Assembly: GCA_963793865.1 (NCBI GenBank)
Contig: CAWCBP010000001.1
Coordinates: 416,001-480,000, forward strand
Direction of reading: 5' to 3'
Length of the DNA: 64,000 nucleotides
Source: an uncultured delta proteobacterium
GTDB taxonomy: Bacteria; Desulfobacterota; WTBG01
Under the pieces are notes generated by a model. It saw nothing but the letters and a program-made list of their open reading frames with translations. It was not told the DNA's origin and ran no database searches. This document shows, piece after piece, positions 9,860-20,435 of the stretch (position 1 is its first letter; every line of letters begins with the position of its first letter). A program made the translations under genes and the position numbers.

Positions 9860-10507
9860 ATGGAGACGAATGAACCCGCAAACGAGCTGAATGATGCCGC
9901 GCGCCAGGTGCTGCTGGTTGAAAACACCTTTTACCAGGAGGTGACCATTACCGATGTAAACGGCGCATGCCCGTACGGGCACCGGCCGGGAGATCAGTTC
10001 AAAGTAACCGCAATGAATAGCGACGGGATATGCGGCTCGCTTCTCAAGTCCATCATGTTCCCGATAACCACCCTCCATTACGGCGGCGGAGTGCTCTGGG
10101 AAAATGACCCGGATGTTTCCAGAGGATGGTGCCCCGAAGGCGGCAGGGTTCAGGTGGAGATACGGCGGAGGAGACAAAAGGAACAGACGCTTTTAAAAAC
10201 CCCCTGCCGGTTCAAGAACATGACCGGGAAAGGGTATCACGCGCTCGACAAATATAAAGTATTTATCGAGATTCGTGATATTGCCATCAACTGCTACTGG
10301 GGGCATAAGGTTGGTGACGTGTTTGAGATTGATCCCTTCAATGTGGGAGGCGCCTGCTGCTTGCTGTACACGCAGCTCTATCCCTACATGCATGTTCTGC
10401 TCTCCGGCACGGCGCCGCCCTGGGCCTGGGATGAGCACACCATTATGGGTGAATGCCCCGATACCTACGACCGCCTTGCTTACCGCCTGTTTGTGCAGGA
10501 GCGTTAG
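9860..10507 (+). CDS. Tandem-duplicated TIGR04076-like Cys-containing protein
   Basis: Two copies of C-x2-GH-x2-GD-x-F...C...W...CP (CPYGHRPGDQF / CYWGHKVGDVF); RBS GAGGAG before ATG 9860. Confidence 0.7.
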   Translation: METNEPANELNDAARQVLLVENTFYQEVTITDVNGACPYGHRPGDQFKVTAMNSDGICGSLLKSIMFPITTLHYGGGVLWENDPDVSRGWCPEGGRVQVEIRRRRQKEQTLLKTPCRFKNMTGKGYHALDKYKVFIEIRDIAINCYWGHKVGDVFEIDPFNVGGACCLLYTQLYPYMHVLLSGTAPPWAWDEHTIMGECPDTYDRLAYRLFVQER

Positions 10508-10635
10508 CAGGCCGTTGAAAAACACCCATCTGCTTCGTTACGCTCATCCATCGTCATTGCAGCGTACCGACAACAAGTACGCCTCATTCCTCAGGATTTC
10601 GCGTGCCTTGCATCTGGATGTTTTTGAACAGCCTG
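10505..10635. mobile_element. MITE-like element, copy 2
   Basis: tagcaggccgttgaaaaacacccatc...ggatgtttttgaacagcctg. Confidence 0.7.
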
Positions 10636-10650
10636 AAAAATGGGTTTGGG

Positions 10651-11214
10651 CTATGGGGACTGTTCCCAGTCTTTTATGATGGATACTATTTCCTGAGCAT
10701 CAGAGGCTGAGGTAAGCGCCTGAGTCAGATGCCGGTTTTGCATTGCTTTGCTGGCAAGGGACAAGACCTGTACCTGTTCATGAGGCTGTTTGCGCGGCGC
10801 GATAATCAGAAAGACACATGCGATGGGCTTGTCAGTCGAGACATCAACCACCCCCTGGCGGGTCAAACCGAGCGCAACCAGGGGAGCCGCAAGACCATCG
10901 ATGCGCGCGTGGGGAAAGGCAACCCCTTCGTTGAAGAACGTAGAGCTTTCCTTTTCCCGTTGCCATACGGCAGCATAGATGATGCTGTGATCAAGCTCTT
11001 TGCAATCCCGACCCATTGTATCGACCAGCGTTCTGATAACCTCTTCCTTAAAAGCCGGTTCCTGCCAGATAACAACTCTGCCGGCGGACATGTAGTCACT
11101 CAGCGCGGGTTGCCGGGCAGCCTGCGCCTGTTGCCCCGTGCTGTCAGGGCTGCTTTCAGCCGCCACAGGCTGCCCCGGCTGATTCCCGCCTGTCCGTCTG
11201 CGTATCCGGAACAA
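10651..11214 (-). CDS. PTS EIIA type-2 (PtsN-like) domain, possibly the C-terminus of the KdpD fragment
   Basis: REKESSTFFNEGVAFPHAR (phospho-His motif), D.KPI..VFLIIAP; no clear start or RBS, overlaps the end of the kdpD-N ORF in another frame. Confidence 0.8.
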   Translation of the reverse strand: MFRIRRRTGGNQPGQPVAAESSPDSTGQQAQAARQPALSDYMSAGRVVIWQEPAFKEEVIRTLVDTMGRDCKELDHSIIYAAVWQREKESSTFFNEGVAFPHARIDGLAAPLVALGLTRQGVVDVSTDKPIACVFLIIAPRKQPHEQVQVLSLASKAMQNRHLTQALTSASDAQEIVSIIKDWEQSP

Positions 11215-12319
11215 CTATGGTTATGCCATGGGCATTCTGGATGAGCTGTTCGACGATGCTCTTCCTCCCCAGGAGCCTTCGCCACAATGACGGCGGGGAG
11301 GAAGTGCCGATGACAATGTGACCCACACGATATTCACGGGCAAAGCGAAGAATGGTGTCGGCAATGTTGTCACCTTTATAGGTAAAGACGATGGCCCCGA
11401 GCTGCTTGGCAAGGGTCAGGGTGCCCGATAAAACACGCTGTGTCTGGGCGTCGATGATGGTCGGCTCTTCGGAAGAGGTCTGAACGTACACCGCATACCA
11501 GTTCCGGTTGAGCCTGCCCGCCAATCGTGAACCGTAGCGAAGCAGCATCTCGCTATTGGGACCCTTGGAACTGAGGCAAACCATAATCTGGTCGGGGGTG
11601 GAGATGCTTTCCTCTTCCAGCGGTTCACGCCTTCGCAAATCAATCTGCGCAGCCAGCTCGCGCAAGGTCAGCTCCCGCAGCTGCTCTAAATTTGAAGGGA
11701 TAAAAAAATTGCTGAGAGCGGTTTGAATGCGCTCCCGCGGATATATTTTCCCCTCTTCCAGGCGCTTGCGCAGGTCTTCGGTGGTTACATCCACGTTGAC
11801 GATCTGGTCTGCGTCGGCAAGCACCGTGTCGGGCATGCGTTCGCGCACTTTTACATGAACAGCCTTTTCAACCGTGTCGTACAGGCTCTCCAGGTGCTGC
11901 ACGTTAACGGTGGTGATGACATGAATGCCCGCCGCCAGAATATCCTGGACGTCCTGATAGCGCTTGGGATTGCGACTGCCCGGGGCGTTGGTGTGGGCTA
12001 TTTCATCGATCAGCGCCACCTGGGGCTTGCGGGCTATGAGCGCGTCGGCATCCATCTCCTCAAGCATAATGCCGCGGTACTCCTGACGAAACCGCGGGAC
12101 GACTTCCAGCCCCTCGGTGAGTTGCGCCGTTTCGGCGCGGCCGTGGGTTTCCACCAGCCCGATTACCACGTCGATGCCCTCATCCCTGAGGCGCCGGCCC
12201 TCCAGGAGCATTTGATAGGTTTTCCCCACCCCGGCACAGTACCCGAGGTAGACCTTGAGCCTTCCGCGCTGCGTGCGGCGGATCATCCTTAAGAATGAAC
12301 TGGTTCTATCTTCTGTCAT
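11156..12319 (-). CDS. kdpD: KdpD N-terminal sensor fragment (KdpD domain plus USP), no TM or kinase domain
   Basis: GRLKVYLGYCAGVGKTYQML, ETHGR, DEIAHTN, KRYQDV, NVQHLES, LRELTLR, then a USP domain. Confidence 0.88.
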   Translation of the reverse strand: MTEDRTSSFLRMIRRTQRGRLKVYLGYCAGVGKTYQMLLEGRRLRDEGIDVVIGLVETHGRAETAQLTEGLEVVPRFRQEYRGIMLEEMDADALIARKPQVALIDEIAHTNAPGSRNPKRYQDVQDILAAGIHVITTVNVQHLESLYDTVEKAVHVKVRERMPDTVLADADQIVNVDVTTEDLRKRLEEGKIYPRERIQTALSNFFIPSNLEQLRELTLRELAAQIDLRRREPLEEESISTPDQIMVCLSSKGPNSEMLLRYGSRLAGRLNRNWYAVYVQTSSEEPTIIDAQTQRVLSGTLTLAKQLGAIVFTYKGDNIADTILRFAREYRVGHIVIGTSSPPSLWRRLLGRKSIVEQLIQNAHGITIVVPDTQTDRRESAGAACGG

Positions 12320-12326
12320 TGATAAC

Positions 12327-12908
12327 CTATCTGACATCATCCAACGAGAGATTCAAACTGAGCACATTTACCCGGGGCTCACCTAAGACCCATACATCAC
12401 GCCCTTCAGTATGAGCTTTTACGCAGTCAAGCACAATCTTTTCATTCATGCCGCGTGCCCTGGCAACGCGGGGTGCCTGTAATATGGCATTTTTGACCGT
12501 GATGTGCGGATCAAGTCCACTGCCTGATGAGGTAACGGCATCAGCAGGTACTAAGACATCAAACGCAAGCCCGTTTTCGGCGCGGTAGTCGACTACGCGT
12601 TTCTTTACCGTCTCCAGTAATTTTTTTGAAAGGGGACCTAAATTACTGCCGCCGGAATTGGCAGCATCATAGCCCCGCCCTGCAGCGGAAGGTCGGGGAT
12701 GGAAATATTTTGCATCTTCAACCGGTTGGGCGAGCATGCTTGAACCGATTACTATTCCCTTTCTGGTGACCAGGGAACCATTGGCCTCATGCGGGAAAAA
12801 TAACTGGGCCAGAATCCATACGAGCAGAGGATACAAACCGCATAAAAGTATGCTTAAAGCCAGTGTACCTATCAATGCAATTCGCAGTTCCGCAATGAGT
12901 GCTTTCAT
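12327..12908 (-). CDS. kdpC: K+-transporting ATPase subunit C
   Basis: FPHEANGSL, YFHPRPSA, SGGSNLGP, DAVTSSGSGLDPHI, RVNVLSLN. Confidence 0.96.
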   Translation of the reverse strand: MKALIAELRIALIGTLALSILLCGLYPLLVWILAQLFFPHEANGSLVTRKGIVIGSSMLAQPVEDAKYFHPRPSAAGRGYDAANSGGSNLGPLSKKLLETVKKRVVDYRAENGLAFDVLVPADAVTSSGSGLDPHITVKNAILQAPRVARARGMNEKIVLDCVKAHTEGRDVWVLGEPRVNVLSLNLSLDDVR

Positions 12909-12922
12909 TTCAGTAATCCCTG

Positions 12923-14944
12923 CTACACAAGGTGAAAAGCATTTACCAGCATATCAATAACCTTTATACCAAGAAAGGGAGTTACCAGCCCTCCCATGCC
13001 ATAGATGAGAAGATTTCGTCGCAAAAGAGCTGCCGCACCGAGTGGTCGGAAATGGACACCGCGTAAAGCCAGGGGTATCAGAGCAATGATGATGAGGGCA
13101 TTAAAAATGACAGAGCTCAGGATCGCACTATGCGGAGAATGAAGCCCCATAATGTTTAATGGCTGGGTAACCGGAAAAAGAGCAATCAGCAGTGCCGGTA
13201 TGATGGCAAAATATTTTGCCACATCATTGGCAATGCTGAAGGTCGTCAGTGCGCCGCGGGTGATGAGCATCTGTTTCCCGATCTCCACAACTTCAAGCAG
13301 CTTGGTGGGATTGGAGTCAAGATCGACCATATTGCCCGCCTCTTTGGCCGCCTGGGTGCCGGTATTCATGGCCACCCCCACGTCGGCCTGGGCAAGGGCC
13401 GGCGCATCATTGGTGCCGTCCCCCGTCATGGCCACAAGATGACCGGCGGCCTGCTCCCTGCGTATCAGAGCCAGCTTGTCCTCCGGCCTGGCTTCGGCAA
13501 TGAAATCATCAACGCCCGCTTCATGGGCAATGGCAGCAGCAGTCAGACGGTTGTCCCCGGTGATCATAACGGTTTTAATGCCCATGGCACGGAATCGGTC
13601 AAAACGATCCTTTAGTCCGCCCTTCACAATATCTTTCAGATGGATCACTCCAAGCACGCGTGCGGTATCGGCAACAACCAAGGGCGTACCCCCCGAGCGG
13701 GCAATGCCATCCACTGTTTCCCGAACCTCTTCCGGGAAATCGGTTCCGACAAATTTACAGATCACATCAGCTGCCCCTTTCCTGATCTGCCTGCCGTCAA
13801 TATCAACTCCGCTCATGCGGGTTTGGGCAGAAAAGGCAGTGAATCTGGCATTGGGCATCTCGGCGATGGTTCGCCCCCGCAATCCATATTGCTTGGCCAG
13901 GACAACGATACTCCTTCCTTCAGGGGTTTCATCAGCAAGCGAAGCCAATTGCGCCGCGTCCGCCAATTCCTGAGCCCCTACCCCGGCTGCGGGGATGAAT
14001 TCAGTTGCCTGTCGCTCGCCCAGGGTGATGGTACCTGTTTTATCAAGGAGCAGCACATCAACATCCCCTGCCGCTTCAACCGCCCTGCCGCTCATTGCCA
14101 ATACGTTCTTCTGCACCAGCCGGTCAATGCCCGCAATCCCGATGGCGCTTAAGAGGCCGCCGATGGTGGTCGGTATAAGACACACCAGCAAAGCAACCAG
14201 CACGGTGATGGAAAACGATGTTCCTGAGTATAGACCAAAAGACTTCAGGGTCATGATGACGACCAGAAAAATGATCGTCAGCGCTGAGAGCAGGATGGTA
14301 AGGGCGATTTCATTCGGGGTTTTTTGCCGTTGAGCCCCCTCGACGAGAGCTATCATCCGGTCGAAAAAGCTTTCACCGGGATTTGCAGTAACCCGCACTT
14401 TTATCTGGTCAGACAACACCCGCGTACCTCCCGTCACCGCACTGCGGTCTCCACCGGCTTCACGAATGACCGGTGCGGATTCGCCGGTTATGGCTGATTC
14501 ATCAACGGTTGCAATCCCTTTTATAATTTCTCCATCAGCCGGTATAATGTCCCCGGCGGAGATGATTACCAGATCATGCTTGCGCAGCTGTTCTGCGGGG
14601 ACGTTTTCCATGACCCCTTCAGTGACACAACGATGTGCTACAGTATGAGTGCGGGTTCTGCGCAGGGAATTAGCCTGCGCTTTTCCCCTGCCTTCGGCCA
14701 GTGCTTCGGCAAAATTGGCAAATAAAACCGTAAACCACAGCCAGAGTGCAATCTGCAGCGTGAAACTGAATGGCTCGTCCTGGGTGATGAAAAAAGCGAA
14801 GAAGGTGGTTATGGCTGCTCCTGTTTCAGTGACAAACATCACCGGATTTTTCATCAGTGAACGAGGGTTGAATTTTTTTAATGAATCAACCACGGACTGC
14901 GCAATGATGGTACGTTCAAAAAGAGTATGCTTCCTTGGAGCCAT
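12923..14944 (-). CDS. kdpB: K+-transporting ATPase subunit B
   Basis: [48 protein letters not shown]. Confidence 0.98.
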   Translation of the reverse strand: MAPRKHTLFERTIIAQSVVDSLKKFNPRSLMKNPVMFVTETGAAITTFFAFFITQDEPFSFTLQIALWLWFTVLFANFAEALAEGRGKAQANSLRRTRTHTVAHRCVTEGVMENVPAEQLRKHDLVIISAGDIIPADGEIIKGIATVDESAITGESAPVIREAGGDRSAVTGGTRVLSDQIKVRVTANPGESFFDRMIALVEGAQRQKTPNEIALTILLSALTIIFLVVIMTLKSFGLYSGTSFSITVLVALLVCLIPTTIGGLLSAIGIAGIDRLVQKNVLAMSGRAVEAAGDVDVLLLDKTGTITLGERQATEFIPAAGVGAQELADAAQLASLADETPEGRSIVVLAKQYGLRGRTIAEMPNARFTAFSAQTRMSGVDIDGRQIRKGAADVICKFVGTDFPEEVRETVDGIARSGGTPLVVADTARVLGVIHLKDIVKGGLKDRFDRFRAMGIKTVMITGDNRLTAAAIAHEAGVDDFIAEARPEDKLALIRREQAAGHLVAMTGDGTNDAPALAQADVGVAMNTGTQAAKEAGNMVDLDSNPTKLLEVVEIGKQMLITRGALTTFSIANDVAKYFAIIPALLIALFPVTQPLNIMGLHSPHSAILSSVIFNALIIIALIPLALRGVHFRPLGAAALLRRNLLIYGMGGLVTPFLGIKVIDMLVNAFHLV

Positions 14945-14957
14945 TGATCCGTCTCCT

Positions 14958-16694
14958 TTAATAGAGAATATCCGAGCCGGTCATGAGAAAATGCTCAACG
15001 ACCGGCCCGAGAGAAAGCACCGGGAAGAAGGTCAAGGCACCGACAATGAGCACCGTTCCGATTAAGATGACCATAAAGGTAAGCCCTGCAACAGGAAGAC
15101 TTCCTTCGCTTGCAGGGATCATTTTTTTTCGGGCCATGTTTCCTGCCAGGGCAAGTACGGGCACAATCATGAAAAACCGCCCCAAGAGCATCCCCATCCC
15201 CAGCGTTGTATTAAACCATGCAGTGTTGGCGTTAAGTCCGGCAAAAGCGCTGCCGTTGTTGCCGGCTGCTGAAGTGAAGGCATACAGTATCTCGCTCAGG
15301 CCATGCGGCCCTCTGTTATTCAGGCCGGCTAATCCCCAATGACTTGTTGCGGCCCATGCACTAAACCCGAGGATACTGAAGATCAAGACAAGCATGGCCA
15401 GAACGCTCATCTTGACATCATAGGCCTCGATCTTTTTACCGAGATACTGTGGCGTGCGTCCCACCATCAGTCCGCATAAAAAAACGGCCAGCACCACAAA
15501 TACCAGCATCCCGTAAAGACCGGCGCCCACGCCACCGAATCCGATCTCGCCTAATTGAATATTTGCTAATGGGACTAATCCCCCCAGCGGGGTAAATGAA
15601 TCATGCATCGCGTTAACTGCACCGCACGAGGCATCGGTGGTTATTGTCGCAAAGAGGGCCGAATTGAAGATTCCAAAACGTACTTCTTTGCCCTCCATAT
15701 TCCCGTTCACCGGATCCACTCCCAGGGCATGCAGCCGGGGATTACCCGCTGTTTCTGCCCACCAGCACACCATAAAAGCCGTCAAAAAAAGCAGTAACAT
15801 GGATCCCCATATAACCCAGCCATGTCTCTGGTTTCTGACCGCCCGCCCGAGGTAATAGGTCAGGCCGCTCGGAATGAGAAAGATGGAGAGCATCTGAATA
15901 AAATTGCAAAGCGGTGTCGGATTTTCATAAGGATGGGAAGCGTTGGCGTTCATGAATCCCCCGCCATTAGTCCCGATCATTTTAATTGCCACCTGCGAGG
16001 CCATGGGACCTTGTGCAATCAACTGACTGCCGGCAGTCGCTTCTTTAATGCTGTGGTCAATGTGTGTGGCATGAACATAAGGCTGAAAGTTTTGCATCAT
16101 GCCCTGTGACACAAGGAATAGAGAATATATAAGGCAGATGGGCAGCAGCAGGTACAGGGTAACCCTGATGCTATCAACCCAGAAATTGCCTATGGTTTTC
16201 ATGCTCTGGCGTGCTATGCCGCGCACCAGGGCTGCCGCAACGGCTATGCCTGCTGCCGCGGAAATAAAATTATGAAGGGCAAGTCCTGCCATCTGCGAAA
16301 AGTAGGACAGGGTTGATTCCCCCCCGTAGCTCTGCCAGTTGGTGTTGGTGGTAAAACTGACTGCCGTGTTGAATGCAAGATCGGGGCTTGCAGGAGCAAA
16401 ACTTTGGGGATTAAGCGGTAAAAAATGCTGCAGGCGAAGAATGGCATAGGTGAACAGCAGGCTGACCAGACTGAAAGCAGAAAGAGAGAATGCGTATTGC
16501 TTCCAGGTTTGTTCTTTGGTGCTGTCTATGCCGAGAACCCGGTACAATAACCTCTCCAGCGGCTGCACCAGCGGGTCAATAAAGGTTTTGCCATTTGAGT
16601 CAAGAACGCTTACCAGATAGACACCCAGTGGTTTGGTAAATGCCAGCAGGATACCAACAAACAGGAATAGCTGGAGCCATCCGTACACATCCAT
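14958..16694 (-). CDS. kdpA: K+-transporting ATPase subunit A
   Basis: [40 protein letters not shown]. Confidence 0.98.
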   Translation of the reverse strand: MDVYGWLQLFLFVGILLAFTKPLGVYLVSVLDSNGKTFIDPLVQPLERLLYRVLGIDSTKEQTWKQYAFSLSAFSLVSLLFTYAILRLQHFLPLNPQSFAPASPDLAFNTAVSFTTNTNWQSYGGESTLSYFSQMAGLALHNFISAAAGIAVAAALVRGIARQSMKTIGNFWVDSIRVTLYLLLPICLIYSLFLVSQGMMQNFQPYVHATHIDHSIKEATAGSQLIAQGPMASQVAIKMIGTNGGGFMNANASHPYENPTPLCNFIQMLSIFLIPSGLTYYLGRAVRNQRHGWVIWGSMLLLFLTAFMVCWWAETAGNPRLHALGVDPVNGNMEGKEVRFGIFNSALFATITTDASCGAVNAMHDSFTPLGGLVPLANIQLGEIGFGGVGAGLYGMLVFVVLAVFLCGLMVGRTPQYLGKKIEAYDVKMSVLAMLVLIFSILGFSAWAATSHWGLAGLNNRGPHGLSEILYAFTSAAGNNGSAFAGLNANTAWFNTTLGMGMLLGRFFMIVPVLALAGNMARKKMIPASEGSLPVAGLTFMVILIGTVLIVGALTFFPVLSLGPVVEHFLMTGSDILY

Positions 16695-16709
16695 AGATAA
16701 ACTCCCGTG

Positions 16710-16793
16710 TTAAAATTTTTCCGGTCTGATGACAGTGATCAACAGATAGATGATCACCAGGAATCCTATCAGACCCGCGGTCATTGCAATCAT
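16710..16793 (-). CDS. kdpF: KdpF small subunit (27 aa)
   Basis: Manual translation MIAMTAGLIGFLVIIYLLITVIRPEKF with the YL...PEKF signature, directly upstream of kdpA; below the ORF-track size cutoff. Confidence 0.9.
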   Translation of the reverse strand: MIAMTAGLIGFLVIIYLLITVIRPEKF

Positions 16794-16796
16794 TGG

Positions 16797-16880
16797 TTAC
16801 AACCTTTCGCAGAACAGGATGTACAGGAAGCACAATCCGAAGAAAACCATGACCATAAGCACATAGAGCAGGTCACTCAT
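16797..16880 (-). CDS. Second small hydrophobic kdp peptide (27 aa)
   Basis: MSDLLYVLMVMVFFGLCFLYILFCERL; GGGAG RBS; overlaps the kinase stop and ends 3 nt before kdpF. Confidence 0.72.
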   Translation of the reverse strand: MSDLLYVLMVMVFFGLCFLYILFCERL

Positions 16881-18721
16881 TTTTGCTCCCTTCCTGCGCA
16901 ATCGCGTCAGCTCGTCTCAGGGTAAATGTGAATCTGCTTCCCTTCCCATCACTGCTTTCCACCGAGATGGTTCCGCCATGGGCTTCCACAATCTCTTTGG
17001 CGATGGCGAGCCCCAGCCCGGCTCCGGTTTCGGACGCATCGCCCGGAACGCGGAAAAACTGATCAAAAACTTTATCCAGATACTGCCGGGGGATACCCCT
17101 GCCGGTGTCGGCAATCGAAAAGCTGACCCATTCCTTGAATCCCTGTGCGGCAAGCGTCACGCTGCCGCCCGGTGCGGTATATTTGAGCGCATTGGATAGC
17201 AGGTTGGAAAAGACATGATCAATGCGTATCCGGTCGGCCCACACCTCCGGCAGATCATCCGGCACCTCGATGGTGAGACGGACGCCGTGATCCTTGCAAG
17301 CGCTCTGGAACGGTTCCACTGCCTGCAGCGCCAGTGCCATCGGTGATATGGCACGGCAGTCCATCTGCGCCCGTCCCGATTCAATCCTGCTGATATCGAG
17401 CAGATCTTCAACAATGGCGTGTAATCGGTCGCTGTCGTCCCGCGCGGCAATTAACAGCTCTGCCTGCTTGTCGGTCAGCGACCCTGCTTTTTCTTCAAGC
17501 AGCAGATGAATGGCCATGCGGATGGAGGTGAGGGGTGTCTTCAACTGGTGGGACACGGTTGCGATTAATCCCTTCTTCATGTCATCCTGCTGTTGCATCC
17601 GGGTTATGTCTTCAAAAATAAGTACGATGCCGACGGGCTGTCGCTCATTGTCCAGGATCGGTACCGCCCTGGGACGAAAAAACCGCTCCTCACCCTTTAC
17701 GAACTGCTGGATAATGGCGTACTCGTTTTTCCCCTCCAACGGCACGGCCGCTGTTGAGCGCGCTGCCGTATAATGCAGACATCCATTGAAAGGGGACATC
17801 CTGTATCTTTCTCCGGGGCTTAAGCCCGAATGTTTCCCGGGCTGTTTCGGTTGCCACCTCAATCGTTCCCTCCAAATCAATTAACGCCACAGAATCAGGG
17901 AGGCTGTTGAATGCCGTTTGCGTCGAACGCTGAACTCGTACCAGCTTTGCCTGATCGCTGCGGCGGAATTCACGAAGACCGGCGGTCATCTTGTTAAATG
18001 CCTCCGAGAGCCGCCCGATTTCATCCCGGGAGTTGCTCTGAATAAACAGTTCCAGATTGCCGCGCGTGACCTGGTCGGTGAAATCGATCAGCCTGGTAAT
18101 CGGCCGCAATATCCACCCGCCGGTAAAATAAATGAAAACAATGGCAACGGTGGCGCCGGTGAGCAAAAGGTAGTACATCCGCTGTCGCGCTGATGCCGCT
18201 TTTGCCCGCGCCCGGTCATTGGCCTCACTCATGTTCTCCTGGTTCATGTGTATGACATCGTCTGCCGACTCCCGTATCTGCTCATAAAAAGGCAGCAGCC
18301 TGGCAAAATAAACATCGCGCCCGGCGTCGAAGGTTACGCCGGCACTTCTTATCTGCCGCAGTGTTGCCCGGTACTGTTCAAACGCGCTTTTGATAAAACC
18401 GGCTTTTTCTCCTTCATCGGGGAGGGTGATGTTGTTTAATTCAATCTGCAGCGCTTTTTCGAAATCCATTTCGTTTTTTGCAATCTGCTCTTCACCCATA
18501 TCCCGATAACCGAGCATGATGAAAAGCGCCCCGGTATCCATTCGCTGCAGGGCTTCCTTCATCTGCTGGCATGCAATAACGCTCCGGTAATTTTCGCGGA
18601 GAATAACATCGATGGATTGCTCCAGGTGCGCCAGCTCTCGAATGCTTTGGATGCCGATGAGCACAATGATAAAGAGCAGACCACCAAAGCCAAGAATCAA
18701 TTTTTGACGAAGGCCGATCAT
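16873..18721 (-). CDS. Membrane sensor histidine kinase (periplasmic helical bundle, HAMP, PAS, HisKA, HATPase); frameshift near 17745
   Basis: ORFs 17690..18727 and 16873..17880 overlap; DEIGRLSEAFNKM HAMP, SHQLKTPLTSI H-box, NLLSNALKYT, GAGLGLAIA; RBS GAGGAG before ATG 18721. Confidence 0.85.
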
Positions 18722-18746
18722 ATGCACTCCTCAGTGATACGATGTA

Positions 18747-18762
18747 TTCAAAGATTGTGCCA
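18747..18762 (-). promoter_or_regulatory. sigma54 (-24/-12) promoter candidate for the kinase-kdp operon
   Basis: Minus strand TGGCAC-AATCT-TTGAA (GA instead of GC at -12); adjacent to an NtrC-type activator gene. Confidence 0.6.
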
Positions 18763-18825
18763 CGGGGGATCATTGGAAACGGCTTGAATACTATGGATTA
18801 TTTTACGGGGCATCGGGGAGGGGTT

Positions 18826-18870
18826 TTGTATTTTGCAAGGAAACGTTTCTGACAGCCTTGCAGATTGCAA
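18826..18870. promoter_or_regulatory. Tandem palindromic enhancer-binding site candidates
   Basis: ttgtattttgcaa (18826) and ttgcagattgcaa (18858), 32 bp apart, upstream of the sigma54 motif. Confidence 0.5.
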
Positions 18871-18906
18871 AGCTCACTATGAGTGGAAAGGGATTGGGGC
18901 ACGATG

Positions 18907-20262
18907 TTAGATTCCGTACTGCTTGCGACGCCGCCAGAGTGTGGCCTGGTCGATGCCGAGAATATCAGCGGCCTCCTGCAATGATTTTGCCGAAGCCAGC
19001 ACACGCCGGATGTGCTGTTCCTCAATGGTTTCCAGGTCAACCGGATCACCCAGCTGGGTAACCGCTAGTCGAGGGCGCAAGGAGTCAGGAAGATGCTCGA
19101 TGCCCACACGATCTCCCCGGCACATAATTGCAGCATGCTCAACAATGTTGCGCAGCTCCCGTATATTTCCGGGCCAGACATGGTTTCTCATGGCATTGAG
19201 CGCCTCTTCGCTGAAGCCCAGGAATTGCCGGTGATTTGCCCTGCCGAAAAATTGCAAGAGACGTTCCGCCAGCGGGATAATGTCATCCTGGCGCTCGCGC
19301 AGGGGAGGCAGTATAATTTGAATCACATTGAGCCGATAGAAAAGGTCTTCCCGAAACCGGCCATCCCGCACAGCCTTTTCCAGATCTATATTAGTTGCGG
19401 CCATAACCCGCACGTCTGCCCTGCGGGTTATGGAGTCGCCGATCCGTTCATATTCATGATCCTGGATAAAGCGCAGCAGTTTAGGCTGAAGCAGCAGCGG
19501 CAGGTCTCCTATTTCATCCAGCAGCAGCGTACCCCCTTCGCACGCGGCAATGCGTCCGGGACTATCATGGTCGGCTCCGGTAAAGGCCCCCTTGAGATGG
19601 CCGAACAATTCGCTTTCCAGCAACTCTGAGGGAATGGAAGGACAGGAAATATTGCTGAAGGGTTTCTTGGCGCGGCCGCTCCAGAGATGGATCATCCGGG
19701 CCAAAACAGTTTTGCCGGTGCCGTTTTCCCCTCTGAGCAGGATTGTGGCATCTGTGGCTGCAACCTGCTTGGCCATGCCCAGCACCCGCTGCATGGCAGC
19801 GCTTTGAGTCGAAAAATCGATTTCAGGATTCGCCCTCCCCAGGTCCTCCTTGAGAATAGCTATCTTTTGCTCCAAGGTGCATACTTCAACCACTTTTTGA
19901 ACTGCAAGTTTTACCTGGGAGGGAGTGAACGGCTTGGGTATGTAATCAGTGGCTCCCCGGCGCATGGCCTCCACCGCCGTGTCAATAGAGGCATAGGCAG
20001 TTATAATGATTATCTTAAGCCACGGCGTTATGACCTTTAACCGGGTAATCAAGTCAAGTCCGCTGGCCGTGCCCAGGCGGAGATCAACAAAAGCCGCATC
20101 AAAGCTTCTTCGCGATGCTTCCGCGACGGCATCCTGAAAATTGCTTACTGAAATAACCCGGTGTCCTTCTGCTTCAAGGCAGAACGATAACGTTTTGCGA
20201 ATATTTGCCTCGTCATCGACAACCAGGACATGTAAGGACATGGTTCCGGCCGGCTCACTCAT
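18907..20262 (-). CDS. sigma54-dependent NtrC/AlgB-like response regulator
   Basis: REC domain (VVDDE, D, KPF), GENGTGKT Walker A, ESELFGH..GAFTGA, LLDEIG, WPGNIREL, Fis-type HTH. Confidence 0.93.
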   Translation of the reverse strand: MSEPAGTMSLHVLVVDDEANIRKTLSFCLEAEGHRVISVSNFQDAVAEASRRSFDAAFVDLRLGTASGLDLITRLKVITPWLKIIIITAYASIDTAVEAMRRGATDYIPKPFTPSQVKLAVQKVVEVCTLEQKIAILKEDLGRANPEIDFSTQSAAMQRVLGMAKQVAATDATILLRGENGTGKTVLARMIHLWSGRAKKPFSNISCPSIPSELLESELFGHLKGAFTGADHDSPGRIAACEGGTLLLDEIGDLPLLLQPKLLRFIQDHEYERIGDSITRRADVRVMAATNIDLEKAVRDGRFREDLFYRLNVIQIILPPLRERQDDIIPLAERLLQFFGRANHRQFLGFSEEALNAMRNHVWPGNIRELRNIVEHAAIMCRGDRVGIEHLPDSLRPRLAVTQLGDPVDLETIEEQHIRRVLASAKSLQEAADILGIDQATLWRRRKQYGI

Positions 20263-20435
20263 CGTTCGGTCCTTCTGCTCGAATGTGCGGTTACTGTTTC
20301 AATTCACTCTGCTCGAATGATCTCTTGTGGCGATGTGACTTTTTAGCGTCAATGTTACTATCATTTTCTTCATTTGTAAAAATAAAACTCTCGTGCTATG
20401 GTCTGCATGGCAAACAGCCTACAGGGAGGTATCAC

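Noticed and set aside
10275..10679. ORFs reading through the MITE or heptamer repeats (also 7548, 7707, 24726, 60981)
   Set aside because: They are translations of repeat DNA with no RBS or family motifs.
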